DNA of 64,000 nucleotides from Camelus ferus (lineage: Eukaryota), in NCBI RefSeq assembly GCF_009834535.1, contig NC_045696.1, positions 107,882,001 to 107,946,000 on the forward strand, read 5' to 3'. The notes under the pieces were generated by a model, which saw nothing but the letters and a program-made list of their open reading frames with translations, was not told the origin of the DNA and did no database searches. A program made the position numbers and the translations under genes. Below, piece after piece: positions 54,501 through 64,000 of this stretch; the stretch's first letter is position 1, and every line of letters begins with the position of its first letter.

Positions 54501-57500
54501 AGCAACCGGAACATATGTATCGTTAATTACCTTGAATGCAAACAGACTAAACGCTCCAACCAAAAGACACAGAGTGGCTGAATGGATGCAGAAACAGGAT
54601 TGATATTATGTTGCCTACAAGAGACTCATCTCAGATCTAGAGAAACACACAGACTGAAAGTAAGGGGATGGAAAAAGGCATTCCATGCAAATGGAAATAA
54701 AAAAAAAAGCCAGAATAGCAATACTTAATGTCAGAAAAAAACAGACTTTAAAATACTGTTGGAGACAAAGAAGGACATTACATAATGATCAAGGGATCAA
54801 TCCAAGAAGTTATAACAACTGTAGACATATATGCACCCAACAAATGAGCACCTAAATATATAAGGCAAATATTAATGGACATAAAAGGAGAAATTGACAA
54901 TAAAACAATAATAGCAGGGAATTTAACACCTTGTTTACATCAAAGGGTGGATCATTCAGACAGAAAATCAATAAGGAAACACTGGCTTTAAATGACACAC
55001 TAGACTAGATGGACTTAATTGGTATTTATAGAGCATTCCACATGAAAGCAGCAGAATACACATTCTTCTCAAGTGCACATGGAACATTCTAAAGATTAAT
55101 CACATGCTAGGCCACAAAATAAGCTTCAGTAAATTTAAGAAAATTGAAATATTATTAAGCATCTTTTCTGACCACAACGCTATCAGATTAGAAATCAACT
55201 ACAAGAAAAAAAACTGCAAAAACTACAAACATGTGAAGGCTAAACAATATTCTTGCTACTAAATAACCAATGGATTACTGAAGAAATTGAAGAAGAAATT
55301 TAAAAAGACTTAAGAGACAAATGAAAAGGAAAACACAATGATTCAAAACCTAAGGGAGAAAGCAAAAGCAGTTCTAAGAGGGAAGTTTCAGGAAACAAGA
55401 AACATCTCAAGTGAACAACCTAACTTCACAACTGAAGCAACTCGAAAAGAACAAATGAAACTCAAAGTTAGTAGAAGGAAAGAAATCATAAAGATCAGTG
55501 CAGAAATAAATGAAATAGAGACTAAAAAAAATAGAAAAGATCAATGAAACTAAAAGCTGGTCCTCTGAAAAGATAAACTAAATTGATAAACCTTCAGCCA
55601 GACTCATCAAGAAAAAAAGGGAGAGGGCCCAAATCAATAAAATCAGAAATGAAAAAGGGGAAGTTACAACTGACATCACAGAAAAACAAAGGATCATAAG
55701 AGACTACTATGAACAACTATATGCCAATAAAATGGACAACCTAAAAGAAAAGCACAGATTCTTAGACAGGTACAATCTCTGAAGACTGAACCAGGAATAG
55801 AGAATATAAATAGACCAATTACCAGTACTGCAATTGAATCAGTAATTTAAAAACTCCCAACAACCAAAAGTCCAGGACCAGATGGCTTTACAGGCAAATT
55901 CTACCAAACATTTAGTTAACACCTATCTTTCTGAAACTATTCCAAAAAATTGCAGAAGAAGGAACACTTCCAAACTCATTCTATGAGGTCACCATCACCC
56001 TGATACCAAAACCAGGCAAAGATATCACACAAAAAAAGAATATTACAGATCAATATCATTGATGAACATGGATGTACAAATCCTCACCAAATACTAGCAA
56101 ACTGACTCCAACAATATATTAGAAAGATCATACACCATGATCAAGTGGGGTTTATCCCAGGGATGCCAGGATTTTTCACTATCTGCAAATCAATCAATTT
56201 AATATACCACAGTAACAATGTAAAGAATAAAAACCATATGATCATCTCAATAGATGCAGAAAAAGCTTTTGTTAACATTCAACATCTATTTATGATAAAA
56301 ACTCTCCAGAAAGTGAGCATAGAGGGAGCATACTTCAACATAATGAACACCATATATGACAAACCCACAGTTAATACCAAACTCAACAGTGAAAAACGAA
56401 AGCATTTCCTCTAAGATCAGGAACAAGACAAGAATGTTGGTTCGGAAGTCCTAGCCACAGCAATCAGAGAAGAAAATAAATAAAAGGATTCCAAATTGGA
56501 AAAGAAGTAAAACTGTATTTTTCCAGTAATTTTTTTTGGATCCATCTCCTAAAGCAATGGAAATAAAAACAAAAATAACAAATGGGACCTAATTAAACTT
56601 AAAAGCTTTTGCACAGCAAAGGAAACCATTAACAAAACAAAAAGACAACCTAAGGAATGGGAGAAAATATTTGAAAATGATGTAACCGATAAGGGATTAA
56701 TTTCCAAAATTTATAAGCAGCTCACACAGCTCAATATTAAAAAAACCAAACAACCCAATCAAAAACTGGGCAGAAGATCTAAATAGACATTTCTTCAAAG
56801 AAGATATACAAATGGCTAACAGGCACATGAAAAGATGTTGAACATCACTAATTATTTGAGAAATGCAAATCAAAACTACAATGAGGTTATCACCCCACAT
56901 GTTCAGAATGGCCATCATCAAAAAGGCTACAAATAATAAATGCTGGAGAGGGTGTGGAGAAAAAGTAACCTTTCTACACTGTTGGTGGTAATGTAAATTG
57001 GTGCAGCCACTATGGAGAACAGTATGGAGGTTCCTTAAAAAACTAAAAACAGAGGATCCGGCAATCCTACTCTTGGGCATATCTGGAGAAAACTCTTAAT
57101 TCTAAAAGATACATGTACTTCAATGTTCATAGCAGCACTATTTACAATAGTTAAGAAATGGAAACAACCTAAATGTCCACTGACAGATGACTGGATAAAG
57201 ATGTTGTGGTACATATATATATATATATACAATGGAGTACTAATAAGCCATAAAAAGGAATGAAATAATGCCATTTGTAGCAACATGGATGAACCTGGAG
57301 ATTGTCATACTAAGTGAAGTAAGTCAGACAGAGAAAGACAAATAACATATGATATCACTTACATGTGGAATCTAAGAAAAATGACACAAATGAACTTATT
57401 TACAAAACAGAAAGAGACTCACAGACATAGAAAACAAACTTATGGTTACCAGGGGGGAAGGGAGGAGGGAGGGGTAAATTGGGAGTGTGGGATTGGCAGA

Positions 57501-57706
57501 TGCAAACTACTGTGTCCCAAATAGATAAAAAACAAGATCCTACTGTATAGCAAAGGGAACTATATTCAATGGCTTGTAGTAACTTGTAATGAAAAAGAAT
57601 ATGAAAAAGAAAATATATATATATGTAACTGAATCACTATGCTGTACACCAAAAACTAATATAACATTTTAAATTAACTATGCTTCAATAAAAAGTTTAA
57701 AAAAGT
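51551..57706 (+). mobile_element. Near full-length inactive L1, antisense to PPP2R3A
   Basis: 5' end gccaagacggcgg; GC-richer 5'UTR; ORF1 relic (53156-53356, coiled coil); endonuclease relic from about 54500; RT relic [10 protein letters not shown]...[12 protein letters not shown] (56145-56414); many stops and frameshifts; 3'UTR with AATAAA. Confidence 0.93.
54232..54376 (+). mobile_element. tRNA-derived SINE inserted in the L1 inter-ORF region
   Basis: gagggtatagctccagtggtagagcacatgc...; TSD AAAAATCT(A/G)TAATAG at 54217-54231 and 54377-54391. Confidence 0.9.
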
Positions 57707-57737
57707 AAAGGAGTTATACTTATAAACATATTTATTT

Positions 57738-58061
57738 AAAAAATTAACACACATAACAAATGTTGGTGATAATGTGGAGAAGAGGGAACCTTCCTACACT
57801 GTTGGTGGGAATGTAAATTGGTGCAGCCACTGTGGGAAACATTATGGAGGTCTCTCAAAAACCTAGAAGTAGAACTACCATATGACCCAGCAATTCCACT
57901 CCTGGGTATATATCCAAAAAAAAAACCAACCCACCAAAAAACCCCACATTAATTCAAAAAGATGTTCACAGCAGCATTATTTAAATTTGCCAAGGTATGG
58001 AAGCTACCTAAATGTCCATCAACAGATGGATGAATAAAGAGGATGTGATAATATATATATG

Positions 58062-58099
<38 letters not shown>

Positions 58100-58483
58100 C
58101 ACACACACACACACACAATGGAATACTACTCATCCATAAAAAAGAATGAAATTTTGCCATTTGCAGCAATATGGATGGACTTGGACGGCATTAGGTTGAG
58201 TGAACTAAGTCAGATAGAGAAAGACAAATACTGCATGATATCACTTATATGTGGAATGTAAAAAACAACAAACTGGTGAGTAAAACAAAAAAAGAAGCAG
58301 ACACAGATATAGAGAACAAACTAGTGGTTATCACTGCGGAGAGGGAAGGGGGAGGGGAAAAAATAGAGGGGTAGGGGATTTTAAAAAAGGGTTATTTTTG
58401 GATTAGTTGAAATCATGTGTGTGAAACTTCTGAAAATTGTAAATCACTATAAAATTTAAAGAATCTTCCATTCAATAAAAAAA
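57738..58483 (+). mobile_element. Second L1 3' end with a different 3'UTR type; contains a (TA)n(CA)n microsatellite at about 58051-58117
   Basis: Repeats the ORF2 C-terminal sequence (cctacactgttggtgggaatgtaaattggtgcagccac), then a distinct tail ending ttcaataaaaaaa. Confidence 0.85.
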
Positions 58484-58735
58484 AAAGCCACAATAGTGAA
58501 CAAGATTGAATGTGCATAAGGTGAGAAAAGAGTCAAGGACAAAACTCTGAGGAAGGCTGGCATGTATGGGGTGAGAAGAAAGATGCAAGGAAGGAGAAAA
58601 AGCATGAATTTTCAAAGGGAAGAAAGAGAACCAGCCAAATATGACACGGAAGTCAAGGGAAGAAAGTGCTACATTCTTCTAAAATGCTGAATTCCAATGA
58701 TTCCATGTACCAACAGACACTAAAGCTATACTTTT

Positions 58736-58828
58736 CATTTAAAAAAATTTTTTTAAATGTAAGTACTAGGTATTGGACCCAGGACCTCATGCATGCCAAG
58801 CACCCGCTCTACCACTATATCCTCCCCT
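58736..58828 (-). mobile_element. tRNA-derived SINE, short form
   Basis: TSD CTAA(A/G)GCTATACTTTT at 58720-58735 and 58829-58844. Confidence 0.8.
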
Positions 58829-61800
58829 CTAAGGCTATACTTTTATAATTTCACAGAGAATTTTGGGAAGCTAGTAAAAGCTTAAACAACATAAATGTAA
58901 TAATGGAAAATAGAGAATGGTGTTACACATATTTTCTATGTTGCTATTTATGTGTTCTATTTCAGGAAACATCTGGAGCAGAGGGTATGAGGTAAAGAAC
59001 TTCCACGGCTTATCTCAAATGATGAAAGGATTCAAGAAGAAAATGATTCAGATAAACTGCAGACGCAAGAAAAAAGTGGTTGAATAACTTTGTCACTCAG
59101 ATGAGACATCTGAAGACTAAGAAGAGGAAAAACTGTAGAAAAGTGCCTGAAACTTTATATTTAACAGAGTATAGGAGGTGTGTTGATTCAGAAGGAATGA
59201 GTCGTTCAGAAATAATAAAACTATTAGTTTGCCTGGAAAACACAGGCACTCTGTGGTGGATGACTCAGTATGGAAACTGATCCCATGAGAACAATTTAGA
59301 GAAATACAAAAACATATACCATAGAACTATTTGCAGGATAAAAAAAAGGAAACCTGGAATATTTTGTGTGTTCACTTCAAAAATAGTTGAGAAGATAAAT
59401 TAAGAAATCACCTAGAAGGGAAGATTTTTCTGATGCTCATAGAAACCATATATATGAACATGAAAGAACAATTAATGCTTTAGGTTTAGGGCTAATGTCT
59501 TAATGAGACCAGAAGTAAAGTAAGAATATCTCAGCAGCAGGCCTAATTTGAGCATAAGGGAAGAAGGAAGCTCTTAAAAACTTATTTTTACCTTTACTCC
59601 AGTGGAGAAACAGGAAATATGGCTGAGGGGAAAAGCACCAGGTGGGCAGTCAGGGGCTCCTTGTCCCAGCTTCGGCACTGACCAGCTCAGTAAGTTGGTC
59701 AAGTCATTTCCCTCACTGGTATTCGCCTTCTCTTCTGGAAAAACAGGACAGAAGATGGCTTTAGGGTCTAAGGAACATAAGAAAAGTGAAAAGTTCTTTC
59801 TCGGTTTGAATTAGGAAAAAGCTATACTTTACTAGAGAACTGCTTTGTATTATTTGATGTGGAAAGCACAATGAACTGGCTATTAATTTTTAATGCATAT
59901 AATTTGCAAAGTTACTGATTTCTCTGAGTACTGACTCCAAAAGGAAAATTAGGAAGTTAAACTTTGACCATTTTATAATTTAAAAAAATTCCCTACTATA
60001 TATTCCAAAACATCAATAGTCGTCTCTATCTGCTGGTAGTATCTTAAGTTACTTTAATTCACGTATTTTTCTTTTCTAAGCCTTTTTCTTATTTTGGAGG
60101 AAATCACATAAAAATGAAACCACATTCTATAAATAAAAATCATTTGGATGGTTTAGAAGAACATATATACCACACAGTTTAAGGAGCATTTGAATGCTAC
60201 TATAAGCCAGATACCCTTTAAGACTAGGGAACTACAAATTCTATAAATTTGCTTCAAACAGCTTACAGTGTGAGTGGGCAGAGAATATATCTTTTATATC
60301 AAGGAGGGCATCCCAGAGAGGAGGACTGCCAAGCCCAGCCTGGAGTAGAATAGTAGTTGGCTGCAGAAATAAAGGGAAGATGCCTTGTGGATAAACAGAG
60401 CAAGGCAGTAAGTGGCCTGGGAGGTATCAGGAGCTACCAGGAGTTTGGTATTATTCCAGTGTCAAGTTTGAAGAGAGGCTTCTAGGTGCTACAGCTAAAG
60501 GGGTGGGGCAGAGGCAACCCAGCATTCAAGAGCCCGAGAGGTTTCAGTGGGGGGCGGTAGGGACGTGGTCAGATTTACACGGTGGGTGTATCACTGTGTA
60601 GCACTGCGGAGGACACAGTTGGGGAAGCAAGAATAAAGCCAGGCAGACCAGCTAGAAAGGCTCTGCAGAAAGAGTCCAGAAAAGAATCAGTGAAGCTACA
60701 AATGAAGGCAGCTCAGAGGCATAAGTGACTACCCATGATCACAAATCTACGAGTATGATCTGAATGTAAATTTATCTTTAAATCCTGTGCTTTTCTGTAT
60801 CTCTGTGCAAGCACAAATTTGGTCCAAGGTGACAACAGGTCCTAAATTCACTTTTATTAGGTAAATTGTGAATCTTAAAAAAAAAAAGACTATTCATTAA
60901 TATACATTAAATACCCAAAATGTTTAGGGCACTATAAAAACAAAGCTCCTGACTATAGGAACTTAGAAGATAAAAGAAATGGGACAAAAAATAATAGATC
61001 AATTCATTCAGTAGGTACTTACTGGGGCACTTCTGGGCCTTGACAGAGATCACATTCTAGTGACAGTTCCTTTTAGAACATAATTTCTACATCCTCCCTT
61101 CCCTCCCTGACAAGTTCACTTGGGCACAAGTGAGTAGAGAAGCCCTTCAGAGCCAAGTGGACAATTCTAGGAGATGACCAGGAACCTGGGGTGAAATAAA
61201 CAGAAGCATGGGTCAGGGGAAAACTTGCTTGAGTGGAACGATAAGAGAACAGGGGAAAATCCCAAAGGATGACATGAATGGCAGGAGGCTGTGGAGGAAC
61301 CTGGAATTGCCTTCAGAGTGGCTTGGATATAACAGATCAAAGTTACTGCTTATTTTTTAAAACGACAGTTTTAATCTTTATAAAAGTAATGACTGTAGAA
61401 ATAAAATATGACTACTGAAAAAAAAGAGAGAGAGGAAAATACAAAGAGGAAAATAAAGATCACACCCAGAGATAGTATCAATATGAACATTTTTGTCCTT
61501 TTTGACTTTCAACATACACATAAACATACACATACACAGACCTGGGGATTTTTGTGAATATTTATTATTATTTTTTAACAAAAGTGAGAATTAAAGTTTG
61601 ATACCTGCCTTTTCCACTTAATATAGGGAAACATCTTTTCATGAAAATAAAAGTCTATACCAAAACGTATAAAAATCTGATATACATTTTGTGGATATAC
61701 CAAATTACTTATTCAATTTTCTACTAAGGTACATTAAGGGTGTACGATAAGTAAGGTGCAGAAAGGAAGCAAGAAGCAAGCAAATAATAAAACTGACTTC

Positions 61801-62869
61801 AGCTGTGGCAACATTTTGAGTATTCTAAAGGTGGAAAGAGGTAAGACACATGGAAGCTCATGAGATTTTAGTGTTCCAGACATAAGATGAATAATGTCTG
61901 AATCTGGAATTCTTTGTGGATGAAGAATTTCCAAACGGGAAACAAAAAAAGAAGACTGCAGCCCAACACACACTAAAAATGAAGTAATTTCAAATCTTCA
62001 CATCTGCAGAACAGACAGAATGTCAAAGAAAGCACTCAGACAACTAAAAATATTGGGTGGACTGCCAGGGGAAAACCAGCGCTACTCTAGTGATCACCCA
62101 CAACCACAGCGTTTCAAGGAAGCGACAGAGCTCCCCAAACTCTGCTCCAACAAAAAGTGCACTGAGTCTGTCTTGTGGAATGCTAGGTGGCCTAAGACTT
62201 CTTGTATTCTCTCTGGGCCTCCGTTTCCTCAAGCGTTTGGCTGCGCTCTGTGAATTACACACTGAGCTTGTCAGAGTTCCCTTGGAAGCTGCCAAAACGA
62301 GCCGTTTCCCATAGCAACCAGAATAGCTCTGCTGTTATCTGTTTTATATATTGGATGGATCTATAAAAAATGTTTCACTTGAAAAAACAGATTTCTATAG
62401 CTAAAAGTATTTTTAAAATCACAGGATTAAAAAAAATCACATTCACCCTTCAGATTATTTAATCATTCACGAAGGTAAAAATATAAATGTATAGTGGAGG
62501 GATGTGAAAGTCACCACCTTAACACCTTAGTTAAACTTAGCATCACTAGTGGTGGGATAATCAGATAATGTGTACCTCCCAGTACAGTGCAATATGGAGA
62601 CTAAAGTATCATTTATGGTTTTCTTGCCCAAAATATTTAGCTTTAATTAAATTTTTAGATTTCATGTCCACTTATAGGAAATACAGGCAATAGAGAAATA
62701 AGTTACACACCACCATGAGTAAACAGAGAAATTCATAATGGGGCTCATTCTGTAAGAAACTGGCCTGGTCTCTTCAATAAATCAGTATCATAAGGGGAAA
62801 AGCATGCATGTGGAGGTGGGTAGGTGAGGGAGAGGCAGAAGGAACACCAACTATAAAGGCTCTGAGAAC

Positions 62870-63765
62870 AGACTACAGGGGCAGGCACAGAGGCAGGGAG
62901 ACGAAAAAGGGGGCTAAATTTGCCTGGGCTAATTCAGGAAAAGATGATGCTGGCTTGGACCAGGTGGTAGCAGAGGAAGGGTGAGAAGTCAGACTCTGGA
63001 TGTATTTTGAAACAAGAGCCTGTGGGTCAGATGTATGAGTTTTGTGGGGAAAAAGGAGGTTGAGGATGAATCTAAGGTTGATTTTTTTTTAACCGTTGTT
63101 GTTTGTTTGCCTCAACAACTGGAGGAAGAGAACTGACTTAACTGAGACTGGGAAAACTGCAGGGAGAGCAGATGTGTTGGTGGGAACAGGAGTGATAGTG
63201 TCTAGAAAGATCAGTAGTTCTGTTTTGGGCATTACTTTTGAGGTGCCCATTAGACACTCACGTAAAGACATGCAGAATGCTGTTAGAGACCTGAGTCTGG
63301 ATTTCTGGGGAGAGATTTAGGCTGATACCAACTTAAGAGACTAGATGAAATCACCAAGGCGGGGAATGCAGAAAGAAAAGACGAAGAAACATACAGAAAT
63401 ATTTATTCTATAATAAATCTTAGTTTCTAAGATTCTATAGAAATCTACATTTCCATATAGGAATAGAACATAGAAGGAAACATCCAAAGGCTGAGCCTAG
63501 GGGCACTCAAACATGCAGAGGAGCGCTGTCCAATAGAACTCTGTAAGATGATGAAATATTTATATATCTGTGCCATTCAATCACTCCCCACATGTGGCTA
63601 CTGAGCACTTGAAATATGGGTAATGTAACTGAATAATTGAAAATTTAATTTAAATAGCTACATGAGCTAGCGGCTATAGTACTGGACAGCCCAGATCTAG
63701 AGTTTGGAGAAGTGAAGAGGAAATCAGCAGAAAAGACTGAAAAGAAGTAGTAAGAGAAGGGGGAA
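62870..63765 (-). mobile_element. L2 fragment containing a MER3-like insertion (about 63521-63693)
   Basis: gatgatgctggcttggaccaggtggtagcag...tttgaggtgcccattagaca; insert gcgctgtccaatagaact...actggacagc. Confidence 0.7.
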
Positions 63766-63768
63766 CCA

Positions 63769-64000
63769 TGACAAGTTCTCCAAGGGTCTCCTGTGTTTCT
63801 GTACACACTGCAAGCAAGGCACTGCTGCCTGTCTTGATAGTCAGTGTTATTTTTATATGATATGATAGTTCTGGACTAGTTTTTCAAGAATGTGTAACAA
63901 ACAGCCTTGGAAGACTTGATACTGTCTTGCTCTGGAGCAAAGGGTCACTGACCAGTACAATAAACATGTTTCCCCCTGGAACAAAGAGAAGGTATGCTTA
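63769..64000 (+). mobile_element. Probable LTR 5' part (runs off the window)
   Basis: Begins TG; gggtctcctgtgtttctg...acagccttggaagac...ctggagcaaaggg resembles old ERV LTRs; family uncertain. Confidence 0.45.

Noticed and set aside
53156..57286. Functional L1 ORF1/ORF2 or a host gene
   Set aside because: Fragmented by stops, frameshifts, a SINE and a large RT deletion.
39947..64000. PPP2R3A exon 1 / main promoter
   Set aside because: No CpG island or convincing first exon seen; it presumably lies beyond the window.
1..64000. CRISPR array, prokaryotic operon or other novel multi-gene system
   Set aside because: No repeat-spacer arrays or gene-dense segment; the window is explained by one mammalian gene plus interspersed repeats.

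Overview
Mammalian genomic DNA, most likely camelid judging from the tRNA-derived SINE family. The whole window lies inside PPP2R3A (PP2A regulatory subunit B''alpha, PR130/PR72) on the minus strand. It contains the 2456-nt PR130-specific exon (39946-37491, ATG at 39488), the alternative PR72 first coding exon (21186-21055, too short for the ORF track) and three shared coding exons (17392-17126, 10424-10321, 4606-4504). All coding junctions are GT/AG with consistent phases. The non-coding first exon and the downstream EF-hand exons appear to lie outside the window. The rest is intron, filled with L1, L2, CR1, MIR, SINE, LTR and DNA-transposon relics; nearly all other ORFs in the track are spurious or decayed L1. 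I found no convincing new biological system. The most interesting observations are: an inverted SINE pair closely bracketing the AUG-containing giant exon (a possible circRNA/skipping configuration with a predictable junction peptide), a MEF2 + E-box element upstream of the PR72 exon, a consensus CTCF site, a uATG-rich 5'UTR, and several readable retrotransposition events (twin priming, a double-3'-end L1, nesting). Repeat family names are from recall of consensus sequences, not from a database search.
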